This document shows, piece by piece, positions 1 to 11,300 of a stretch of 64,000 bases of DNA. The position numbers and the translations under genes were made by a program. Source of the DNA: Raillietiella orientalis. Lineage: Eukaryota. The stretch covers positions 10,974,001-11,038,000 of the forward strand of contig JAYWIR010000001.1 of the NCBI GenBank assembly GCA_036172245.1, given 5' to 3'. Each line of letters opens with the position of its first letter. Within the stretch, counting starts at the first letter, position 1. The notes beneath the pieces are model-generated. The model ran no database searches and was not told where the DNA came from. It saw only the letters and a program-made list of their open reading frames with translations.

Positions 1-1620
1 TGACCACTTCCTTGCAGGTTAGCTACAGAGCAGGACAGGGGGGCAAGAAATCAGTGGATAAATAAGAGAGGGAAGAGAGCACAGTGAACTCCCGCCAGGT
101 CTTCTGAGAGCGATGCGGGCGGTAGTTCTTCCTACACTCGTTGCTTCGGATGAGACCATTTCCTCACCACTGAGGAGGAAGGCGTGTGGCCTTCCTTCCT
201 CGATGGCGCGCTTCTCGAGAAAAATCGAAATCCACGCTCCTCCTGACATAACACAGGGTTCGCCAGGTACTGAAGAACCGTTCGCCTCCTTGTGGGGGGT
301 CACGAAGCTCTTTGACCCTGTCCACGCCACCTGAGGGTGCATATCACTATTCTAGTTAGGGAGAAACTCCGGAGAACTAACCTAAGAAGACTCCGGAGGG
401 AGGAGTTGGTTCCTCTCATGCTTGGTAGGGGAACCCCGAATAAAAACAGATTATTTATCATCTCTGGAGGGATCCCCTGGAAAGGGTGCGCTCCTGGAAT
501 TCCTTCTCCGGAGGGATCCCGCAAAGGAATGGCTCTTCCTTTCCTCCTCCGAGAGAACCCAGAAGAGACGCTTCTTAATTTCTCTGGAGGGGTGCTCCCC
601 GAAGGGAGCAGCGCGCTCTTTGACACTCTGGAGAGGCGGACCCCCGAAGGTGGTATCAACCAGACCTGTGGTACGGCTCCATTTCCACAACCAAAGGGGG
701 ACTCTGAAAGGAACCGACTCCTTGGTTTCTGGAAGGACTCCGGGGAGTCAGCTTCCAATCCCGGCCAGTTAACAGGGACGTTCGGCTTCAGCCGGTGCCG
801 CACCCCAACAGGCCAACCAGTGTCATCTTGCGGGGAGACTCGAAACCCACGACGCACCCATTTCTCTGGCATTTATCCTCCACGTGGGAATTCGAACCCT
901 CACAAAGCTTGGTATTGGGCACATAGATGCCCAATACCAAGCTTTCTCTTCCTCATTCTTCCCAAGGCTACCACCACCTTCGGAGTTTCTTCTTTCCAAG
1001 TCTTTCTATGAGGAGGTCTGAAAACTGAAGGTCGTTTCTCCTTACAGGGTGTCCTTTCCGACTTTTCTGTTTCTCAGGCTCCCAGGAAGGGCAGTACAGG
1101 ATTGGGCGATGGGGACTGCAGAGAAAACCTCATGCCACGTGAAGCAGTGCCGCCACAGCTCCCTTGGGGTGTCTTCAGGGTAAAGCAGGGCACCCTCATT
1201 TCCGACTTCTCGGGAGAATACCGCAGTCCAGAAGAACGTGCGGGAGCGTTTCCACCTTCCCACGTCTCGCACCGTTCGGGGAGACGCTTCCCTCCGTCCA
1301 GCCGTGCAGGCGCAGGAAGCCCCAGCGCACTAAGGGCCAAGCTGCGTGCCGCCAACTGAGGAGGAGGGCGAATCCCTTCCTGAGAGTGCCATATGGAGAT
1401 GTTCCTCCCAGCGGAGGTTTTATTATTTTTTTTCTTTTTTTAGCGTGGGGCGGCGGGGTAGCTGGCTCGCCAGTCGACCGTTTGTGTGCGAGTGTCGTCA
1501 CCGTTTGCTGGGCAGCTCGAAGTCTTCCGCCGTTCCTCTCCTGCAGGAGGAGCAGCTCTGTGGCCAGAAGGGCAGCAGAAACCGTTGTGCACGTCTTCTG
1601 GCCCATCTCGCTTCTTCCAA
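1..1620 (+). mobile_element. Decayed L1/Tx1-clade LINE ORF2 fragment (RT core to thumb), family A copy, running off the left edge
   Basis: Collinear degenerate RT motifs: VLPTLVASDET (~125-157), GIPSPEG (~496), GGINQTC (~649), APRKGSTGLG (~1078, GGLG-like). 290-780 aligns by eye with the reverse complement of 31050-31520 and 22040-22330. Right boundary approximate. Confidence 0.65.
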
Positions 1621-4600
1621 GAACACCGCCTCAGGTTGTGAATGGGACGTGTCAAAGCAAGGTTGGTTCTCTTGACGCAGGATCCAGCTGCCATGCGCCG
1701 TGGTGTCTCTTCCGTGTCCATGGGATTGCGAAAGAGGACCTTCCATGCGCACCAGTTCCCGGGATCCATGAGGGGGAAGTGCAGATTGAACTTTGCCTCC
1801 TCCCTGGAAAGGTTCCATGCTTTTCAGAGGAACTTCCTTCCATGAGATCCGTTCTATCAGATGCAACCTTCCCTTCCATCCCCAAGCAAGAGCTGGGATA
1901 TCTCTGAGGTCCAAGAGGTCTTCCTCTCCGTCTTCTCCTATTCAACACAGTTTCTCGCATGGATTGAGCCATCGGATGGATTCCTGAGTGACCAGGCTGG
2001 GTGGACTAGAGCAAGATTCCCTATCCAACATGCTACAAGCATCTACTTGGGTGTAGGCGCAGCGATGTGGAGGTAAATAACAGTTCGGATGTACTGTGAT
2101 GAATCTATTTTGGGATCATGGGAGGCGCATCTCGAGTAATAGTTAGGTAGGGTGTTCGCTCAAGAAAGCCTTCTCTCAATGAAACTCTCTCAAAGTCACC
2201 ATCAATGAAGATGAAGGAGTTTGTCAATCTGAGGTCTCCTTGGAGTTTTTTTTCGGAAGATGAAAAAGAAAAGGATTTCTCTCTAGGAATCCACTCTTTG
2301 GGTGGAGTTCGAGGGACAAAGTGCGACAAGAACAACTAGGGAAACAATGGTTCCTGGCCGACGCCATCTTGGTACGTAAGGAGCTCTCTTGAGGAAATCA
2401 CAACGAACTTGCGATGCTTATTGTCACCTATTTCTCTTCCATGAGGACATTACCATGACCTGATGGAACAGTGACACTTAGATGTTTGCAAGAAGTCGAT
2501 TCTTATCCATTAGGCTTCGGCTGTAGGTGCACAAGCAGAGACGGTCCCCAGTGTTCGTGAGACACTGCGTTGGCAACAGTGTTCAAAAGCACGAAACCTA
2601 TCAAGTGGAACACTTCGAATTTTTTGAGCAATCCTTGATATTTGGGGGCGAGGAGAGTTCCGTTCTCGATGAACTGGATGCAGCAGCCATATCACATGTG
2701 GTCTTGAGAGTGCTGTTGAAATCCAGGACTGCTACTCCCCTTGCCGCTGCACAGGCGTGAGGGCATGGAAATTCCGAAAGTCTGCTCCGAGTCTTCGGCG
2801 GAGGAGTGCGAGCCGGGGAACGGATTCCTGCCTGTTCTCGTGGTCGTCGTGCCACAATGCTGCCACCTGGTTTTCTTGTCACTCGTGCCGCGGACTTGGC
2901 TGAACTGGATCGCCTCACCTTTGCAGACCGCGATGACTCCTGGTTTTTTCCAGGGGAGCTCACTGAACGGGGTGCCTCCGTTCATACCGGGACGTCGAGG
3001 AGAAGTGAGAATGAGATGACTTGGGATCGAGGAAACGATTTCAGTAGCTCCTGGAAACGGAACCAAGAGACAAACGCAGGCAAGTCGGTATTTTCATCTG
3101 TTCGTAAATTGTTCACTAATAACACATACCAATGTACATGCATACTAGACATGTACTACATTACGCCATACGTATACAATACACATATGCCTAGCATCAT
3201 ATCCTAAGTGTATTTCTGCATATACAGTAAAAAACATAAATATGCAAGGACTGCACACTGTGCTGGATGCCTACTCCGTAGTACATATATGTACATATTC
3301 CTAGATACTGTGCATTTCCGCAGTACTATGTCTAGTATGTTATCAAGACTTGCGTCTGATGCTCCACAGGGCTAGGGGAATGCTTCGTTTTCAGTCTCTT
3401 GATCTCATGGAGAGGAAATTGGACTTCATTGAAGCTGCGAAGAGCTTCCTGTTTCTGCTTTGAGGTGAAAATGCACTCCTTGCATTCCCTGCGCGGATCC
3501 GCTTTGGAGCTTCGGTAAGCTCCAGATCAGCGAATTCCGTTTATCTTTATGCGAAGGACGAGTCTATCACCGTGCTCTTTCCCATGTCGTCCTTGACATT
3601 TACCTTATCTACCGCGGTTTACTGAACACGGCGAGATGGGTAACGTCTGTGCTAGGATTGAACATGCATCTTTGTTGAGGATCCTTGCAGGACAACTTTG
3701 GGAGTCCAGATCGAGCCCATTGAGCCAAAAAGCTGTAACAGCGGTCCCTAGGTGAAGAAATGAACCGTTTCCAGGACACCCAGTAACATGACGGATTTAA
3801 CTCCTGTCCTCTGAGAAGACTTTTCTTCCTTCATGCTCTCGGATGGCTGGAAAGTGGGTGAGAGTGTGATAGTATATGCCTCTTTCAGACGTCCCCATCC
3901 ACGGAATTCTTTAGCATTAGACGGAAGAGTTCCGTCTAACACACCTGACACACACTCCTCGTGATCTGTTTCAGGTGACCTCAGACGGTCTCTCTTTGCA
4001 AAGATTACGGGGTCTAAGGGTGGGAAATTCATGCGGAGCGCAGGCCAAAGGCACGGATCACCACTGAGTTTCTCAAAGATTCTTCGTGGAACCCTTTCTC
4101 GAAATGCCTGTGGAGTTCTCAGAAGGCGAAAGAGCAGAAAGAATTTCCACTTACAGCTTTGATTTGCTCTCGCAATGTTGCCAGCCGTTCTTTCAACTTC
4201 TAAACGCTCGCACTGAAAGAATGGACCGAGCTCATGTACCAGATGCCTACGCATGCACGCGCGTTTCGAGAGTCCAAAGTCATTACAAACATGGGATCGG
4301 GCTCGAAGATTTCCTGTAGGCTGCACTCTGCATTTCTACTAGTCAGCTGAGTAACTCGAGGATAGTAGAAGAAAAATCTTTTGAAACACGTTTCATCCGT
4401 TCAGCTTTTCAAAAGTGTTTCGGCGGCAGCTTACGATTGGTCGGTTCCCATTTAGGGCTGTGCTTTAGAGTGGTCAGTTTCGCAGCTTTCTGCTATTTGT
4501 CGACCATCCGTGTTGCCGGCACTTCCGATAAATTGGGCGATGAAACCTCTGCAGCTGCAGAGTCTGCGTTCGTCGATCGATTCAGCTCACAGAGTATGCC

Positions 4601-5174
4601 AGTGAATTCATTCCTCTCGAGCTGTGTGCGCCTCCTCATCTCCGAGAGACTTGGGTGCAGACATTCACTTCGGGGCCAAGCTCAAAAGGAGGAATCGCAT
4701 ATGCACCTCATGCGCTCATCACTCGTGAATTCTCTTTTTCCGTCATTTTGACCCAGACTCCTCGGAATCTGTTTCAGGTAACCTTCAGCAGCAGCACAAC
4801 TCCACTCCCATCCGCCGAAGTTCCCAAGAACTCTTGCAATAAAATAAGGTCTGCCAGATTTCGGCTTCCCATCTGTTTTAATTCCTCGAGGAAGCCTGCC
4901 GTCAGATGCAGGGCATCTTGTAGCCCACTCGTTTGGGTGCATCATATTCGATGCTTGGGACGCTCTCTCTCTTGTTTTATCCGGTAAGGAATGGAACACC
5001 CCACCATCTTTGCCCTGCGTTCGTTCTTGCCCAACCTATAAGATCTCACTCTAATAGGAGACCCTGCATCCTGATCCTTCCTTCGCTTGGAATCGGAGAA
5101 ATCTCCGAACCGTAGGAGCCGCATCAGAGGTCTTGCGTGCCGTCCGTTGAGAAAGTTTCACCAGAGCTTGTCTT

Positions 5175-5319
5175 GCCCCATCCCCTTCTGCTGCCGAGGG
5201 GAGTCGCGCCGGTCTGCGTACCGGCGCCCCGGCAGGTCCTGTTGCGTTGGCCGTAGTGGGGCCTCGTACCACAAATTATAATGAGTTTATAATAAACACC
5301 CCGGCGTGACCGGGTGGCA
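5175..5319 (+). mobile_element. Extremely 5'-truncated family A LINE insertion (3' UTR only) with 15-bp TSD
   Basis: Flanked by the perfect direct repeat ACCAGAGCTTGTCTT (5160-5174, 5320-5334). Body resembles the 3' UTRs at 26300-26370 and 29580-29660 (reverse complement). Ends with AATAAA (5291) and the hairpin CACCCCGG-CGTGA-CCGGGTG. Confidence 0.8.
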
Positions 5320-6271
5320 ACCAGAGCTTGTCTTCGTTCCCACGTAAACGTCGTCGTGTTTCCTGTTCAGTTCCTCTCCTTCGGTTTCCTGGAATAAACG
5401 GTTTGGGAACACTCGCGAGTGCCGCATAGCCCCGGAGTGCACGGTCATGCAGTCTGTGCCGGTTTGCTTCAGATGATGCCTCCCCCTCTTCTCATCCCAC
5501 GAAGAATAATAAATAAAGCGGCTCATGGGTCTTCAGTTATGAGTCGATGCCGTTTGATGATCGTATGGGAAACTTTTCCTGGTTCCTTTCAGACTTCATA
5601 CAAATTTTCGCACTACATTTTCAATCAGCACGAACATTTTTCTCCAAGCGGCATGCTGACTTTTTCCCAGATTCGGTTCCATGGTAACAGATGCCGTCAT
5701 AAACAGGGAGGCAGGTGCGTCCAAACATCTTACGAAAACTTTGCCGTCTTAATATCGCTTCATCCAGCATGCTCAAACTGAGGTTCCTTCCGAATGTTGA
5801 ATTTTTGAAATTGGTGTCAGAAACTGCACACCTGACTTCAATAGCTTCCTGGATGAAGGATGCTCTGTTGATGGGTCCATTGCGAACCTATTCTGCTAGG
5901 ATCATGCTCCAAGAGATCACTTACTGTTTATGTAAAAAAAAAAAATACTGGAAAGTGTGAATTGTGATGTGACATCCTGAAGGGGGGTAAAGAAGCAAGC
6001 GGCGACTCTTGTGCTTCTTCTTTTTCTTCTTGGACCTTAAAAGAGAGCAGTTATTTGCAACTCCAGACTCCAGTCACGCCGGCGAGAACACTCAGGCTTC
6101 CATGCTTTGTGGCAAACAAGCTCCTAAACAAAGAACAGGTGTTTTGAAACCCATCGGATGAGCTAATCCTAGATTTTGAATCTGGGAATTGTTCTCCCTG
6201 GTTCTTTCATCACTTACCGTGGAACAATACGCGTGTGCATCCGGCAACCATTTTACTGATTCGGCTGAGAT

Positions 6272-7603
6272 TTCACACCCGGGTGCGCCGGGGTGTTTAT
6301 TCTGTTCCAGGAATCGATGGAGCCGATGGCCCATCAAATCCCATTGTTATACTAGAAAGAAGGGTCGGAGAGGTCCATCACGTCCACGAAGGGGAAGGAA
6401 CAAAATATAAAATAAAAACAAACTATAACAAGCATCCCCCCCCAAAAAAACAATAAAAAAACACAAAAATTAGTTGTGGGGAAGGGAAGGAATCACATTT
6501 CGTGGTGGGTGAGACCTTTGCATCCGTTGAAGGATGCCGGCAACTCCTCCTTCTCCCTTTCCAGGTGGGGCCACCTCAAAGCTATCTGCAGGAAGCGGAT
6601 GGCTTGAAGGACAGCCCCCCCGTCCCTCTGACCTCCCTCGGTGTCGCACTTCGCCACGACGACACGGCGCACGCAGCACAGCGCTGCGATTGAGGCTGCG
6701 GGCGTCATGGCGTCTCTCACGAAGAGGGGCCTCAAAGAGTCTGTGGGACCGTCCACGGGGTGAAGAAGGGACGCAGAGAAACGGTCCCACAGTTCCCGGA
6801 GGGCGATACACTTCACTATGAGGTGGGGGAATGTCTCCTTCTCTCCACATCTGGCACTGTTCGGCGATGCGCTTCCCCTCGTCCAGTGGTGCTGGCGCGC
6901 ATTGCACGGAAGACGCCAGCGCCGATTTCTGCCACTTGAGGGGAAGCAGCTTCCTGCCCATAAACACCGGAGGCACTTCCAACTCTTCGGGATGAATGGA
7001 GAAGAGTTCGCCCTAACGTTCCGGTCCTTTGGAGACGGTTCTTGCTGTTGCCGCGTCAGCTGGCTGACGCGTAGTCCAGTCATCGAAAGGCTTTCTGTAG
7101 GCCGAGATCTCGCACGAAACCTCCCTTGTCGCCGGTAGGCAGGTGCCAAGTACCTCGACAGCGGAGGACACCGCTGCGGCGAAGGCGGTGGCTGGTGGGT
7201 AGGTCACTACAGTCGGCTCACTACCCATCGCCTTCAGTGTTCTTCCGCTGTTCTTCTAAAACTCTCGGCAGCGGGTTACTTCCGACAGGACCGGGTGAGC
7301 TGAGCCCACATCCTCACTTTCTCCTGCCGCCAGGCCGGAGTGTTCGCAGGGCGGCAGGAAATCCACGTGTTCGCTCTCACTAGAGCAGCGACATAGGAGA
7401 GGGAAGCCCCAAGATGACGGGCGGCGGTGGTGGCACGCAAACAAGGTACGAGTCCTTGGCCACCGACCGCCAGCCGGGAGCGCAAACGTGCAGGAGCGCA
7501 CCAATGGTTGGCCCAGTTCTGTGCCACGAAGGTCAGTCTTCGAAAGGTCAACTGAACTTTCACGCGCGCCAACGTCAGGAGTCAAAGTCCTCCTCGCGAC
7601 AAG
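6272..7603 (-). mobile_element. 5'-truncated family A LINE (thumb, C-terminal zinc knuckle, 3' UTR) with 14-bp TSD
   Basis: Perfect TSD GATTCGGCTGAGAT at 6258-6271 and 7604-7617. ORF 6493..7149 contains LPCNARQHHW...ARCGEKETFPHLIVKC (zf-RVT-like). RGGL*LLTL motif near 7590. AATAAA plus hairpin terminus at 6276-6301. Confidence 0.9.
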
Positions 7604-7650
7604 GATTCGGCTGAGATAGCAGCCGACCAGCTCCGGAGGAACTGTATGTT

Positions 7651-8384
7651 CCCGGAAAGTTCGGCTCAAAACTCCCAACGATGATAATCCCGAAAGATTG
7701 TCAAAAATAAATACATATGCTTATCACGTATATTCATGTGTATATATGTTTATGTATAGATTAATAAACTTTTATTTTAATGCACACGCACACGCATATA
7801 TACATAACAAGCATATATGCTTATAATTCTGGAAAATACATATCAATCTGTAATTAATGTACATATCTATATCTATCCATCTATCTATCTGTCCATCTAT
7901 CTACCTATTGTACTATAGACAGATAAACATGTACATTAATGTATAAATTAATATAATCTTAAAGATAAATGTACATATTTATTATGTATATAGATATATA
8001 TTGAAATATATATATGCATATGGGAAGATAAATATGAATAGGTACATAAATATGTATAAATATAGATACATACAAAAATATATACATGTGAATATATATA
8101 CATATATCTATACTTATAATGTACATATTTTTTATTTTTATAACTCCTAATACATATACATTTACATATAAGAAGCATATCTTTGAATATATATGTATTT
8201 TTATTATATGTATATGTTAAATTATTATTACCATTACTAATACGTATGCAAATAAATGTTAATAACCATGTATGCTAGAACGAATTTGTATATTAATCCA
8301 CGTATCAATATATATAATGAGCACATGTATTTGTTTTTTATGATCTTTCGGGATTGTGATCGTTCGGGATTTCGGCATTCCGGA
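7651..8384. mobile_element. Non-autonomous TIR DNA element (MITE, possibly Mutator-like) with AT-rich interior
   Basis: Imperfect terminal inverted repeats of ~80-100 bp: 7674 CCCAACGATGATAATCCCGAAAGATTGTCAAAAATAAATACATATGCT versus the reverse complement of 8288-8368 CCCGAACGATCACAATCCCGAAAGATCATAAAAAACAAATACATGTGCT. Interior is TA/TATC low-complexity. No TSD found, ends approximate. Confidence 0.75.
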
Positions 8385-11300
8385 CCTTGCCCGGCAGCGG
8401 ACCCTGGACACAGAAAGGCGGTCACGCACCGATGTTCTTTACGGGTGATACCCCTTGGTGTTTGTTCCCGTTCGCAAGTCAGGGACGGTGTGTTGTCTGG
8501 AAGCTCGTTTCTCTCTGTACCGAACCTCCAGCCAATCACTTCATTCTGAAACTGACTTTCCTGGAGTCACGTGGGCTTCCTCACCAAAGACAGACGGTCG
8601 TAGGGCAGGAGGAGGTCTATTCCTCTGGAACGAAACCCTCTCTGGCCTCTGTGCCCTTTCGCCCGGGGCTCTCAGCACAAAGTTATATGGCGCCTTCTCG
8701 CCGAACTTGTGGCAGCTTCGAGACGAATCCGCCTTCGCCTGTTTGGTTTGGATGTTGCCTAGTCGTCCGTCGCATCAGTGAGGTCCAGAGCGGGGAATCG
8801 AATCCGATCGAATAGATTGGACGACAAGCCCGAAGGTTTCACTTGGCAGGGAGAGCTGCCATGTCCCATTTGGAAGGGACTGTTGATGCAGACTCGTGAC
8901 GAGGAGAGAGCATGCAGACAGAGGTTGACCTCTCCAGAGGAGGGAGAACGAAAGTGCCTTCTGGAGTCGAATCTCAAGACGCACGCGGCCGACGTATGTC
9001 CGAATGCTTCAGCCGATTCATATGGAGCAGGAATTTCTCATCCCCGTAGAGGAATCCTCTTGCTCTCTTCAGTCGCATACGACTACTGTACACCTTCTTC
9101 CTCCCTGCCGCGCTCCAGGGATCTTGCATTCTCTCTGCATTCTAATTGAACGTCCAGCCCCTTCGATGTTTTCCTCGGTTCCCGGCCGCTGAGCTCCGAC
9201 CAGCGACTCCGGCATCCGGAGCTGCACGAGCGGATGTTTCCGGGATGCATTCGGTCTTCTCTTGAAATCTTCTCGGGAACGTCCAGCCTTCGGAGATCCA
9301 GAGGTGGGTCAACGCGGTGGTGGCGCTGCTTGCCACGTGCGGCGGCATGTTCTTAACGATCTCAGGGATATGCGTCCTGGAGCAGATGGTTGGAGCAATA
9401 TGAGGACCACATATGCAAGAGTAGTGTTTTAGTTTACTCGTTCAAGAAAGGAAGGCAGCCGATGGCGCACGCTCAACTGAGCGGCGGCTCGTTCAAAACA
9501 GTTCCAAGATCCAACGTGGAAGGACTGCTTGTGGATCCACGGGGCTGTTGCATTCCGTTGGGCTTGAGATCACTCTTGGCAACTTTTAACTTTTTGGGAA
9601 AAAAAGCTCTGATGGTCCATTTAGCGCAGCACTCCGGTGCGTCTCCTTAGAGAAACCAAAAGGGATGGGAGGTGATAGACAGAGGCGTTTCTGCTGACTT
9701 GTAGCCAGGACCTTTAAGAATGCGTCCAAAGGGGTCCTGGTTGTCAACGAAGGCACCTTTGGGACCTTAAAAAAAAGCCATCTGGGAGCCAAACTGAAGA
9801 TCGTAGCAACTCTCCGGTGGATGAAAACCTATCCGAGAGCCGTCTCTAAGGGCGACCCGAGCGCGCCAGGGCCTGTTGCCGTTGGGTCTCCAGAGCCCTT
9901 TTGCAGGCCTCCTTGGCGCGACCCTGAAGCGGGCAAGGGCGCGGGGATAGGTCCGGCCCCTTGCTCGACTCCCCCGCCTCGCTGGAACGCCGCACATCGC
10001 TCGTAGACGGGTACCAGGTGGGACCGAAGGGACGGGAGGGAAGGGTGGACCAGGGTAGCAGTCACCCCACCTCCCCTACCAGCGCTCGGAGGGGGTCCTT
10101 GAAAGTTCTGTTGCAGCAAGCAGAATCCTGCGTGTGTGGTGTGGAGGGAAATCTTCCTTTTTTGGTTCTGCGCTTCTTAGACGAAGGGGTTCTCTGAGCA
10201 CATCCCCAAGATGCCGCATGATCATCTCTTCTTTCCTTGTCATCTGCTGAGACAGAATGATTCAGGATCTTCCGGAGAGAAGTTTTTCCACGCTCGGGAG
10301 GATTTTCTCGCCTTCCCTGCCAAAGAGCGGTGCATCCTTGTTGCTGGTCTGAGGTTCAACGAGAGCTGCATGACTGCGAAAAGATCTGCCCATCGGAAAA
10401 GCAGGAGGCTGCAGACTCCGAGGGCAAGAACGGAGCAGTTTCCTCCAGCGTTTCCTCTCCATCTTTATCTGAGTCCCGCAAGCTAGAAGGCAAGGTGTCT
10501 TCCTTATCTTTGAGAATGGCAGATGTATTCGGCTGGGAAGCAGACTGTTCGTGAACCAGAGAGAGAGAACGAGGTGCCCGGCAAGGATTCCTCTCTCTGT
10601 TTCTCTCTCTCTAGACAGATAGATAGATAGACCGGAAATAAATTGGGTGTCAGTCTTGATTTTGATTGACTCGCCACTTTGATGAGATCCAGCGACATCA
10701 TCCCTGGTGAGTCATTCCTCGTGGTCTGAACACGAGTTCGGTTCCTTCTTTACCTCAAGAAGGTCTTCTGGTAGTGTCTTGGAAGTGCCGCCACTCCTCA
10801 CTTTGCTGAAGTGAGAAGATTTTTCAGGAAAGAAGACATCACAGCTTAGCAGGAATCTCGGCACCCTCAGCGGAAGGACCCCTCCCCCTTCCTCAGTCGT
10901 TTGCGTGGAGAGTAGCGCAAACCCAGTGAGGGTTTGCGCTACTCGCCGATGACCGCCTCCTGCCGAGTGCCCTCCCAGAAGGAGCTGCTCGGTCGTCTGG
11001 GTACTGGTGAGGGGTCGGATTCTGCTGATTCTCTCCTAAACCACTCAGTCCCTGATTCTTGGACGAATCGGGAGTTGGAACGAATCATTGAGGAAAGCGA
11101 AGAAGGTAAGGAACGGCGGGAAATCCCTTGAGGGGGGAGGGGGGACGGAAGAAATCACTGATTGCTGGCGAGAGGCGAGGTCGCCGCAGCTATCTGGAGA
11201 TCTGCTCCACTTGCAGGGTGAAGCCTACGCTTTCCTGCATCGCATCCAGGCCAACGTGGCCAGCTGTAGCGAATGGAGCCTTCCTATGAAACGGGTTCGC

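Noticed and set aside
3120..3345. AT-rich TACAT/CATATG block as a possible MITE
   Set aside because: No terminal inverted repeats or TSD identified, so treated as low-complexity sequence.
4020..4160. F-box-like segment (RVPRRIFEKLSGDPCLW) on the minus strand
   Set aside because: Single short motif with no supporting gene structure.
8820..9030. TRAF-type zinc finger remnant (GFTWQGEL...NLKTHAADVCP), similar hint at ~2690-2770 (-)
   Set aside because: Too few Cys/His ligands remain to call without an HMM search.
9750..10130. Possible LINE thumb fragment (SAGRGG..., SRQGGL) on the minus strand
   Set aside because: Similarity too weak to separate from chance by eye.
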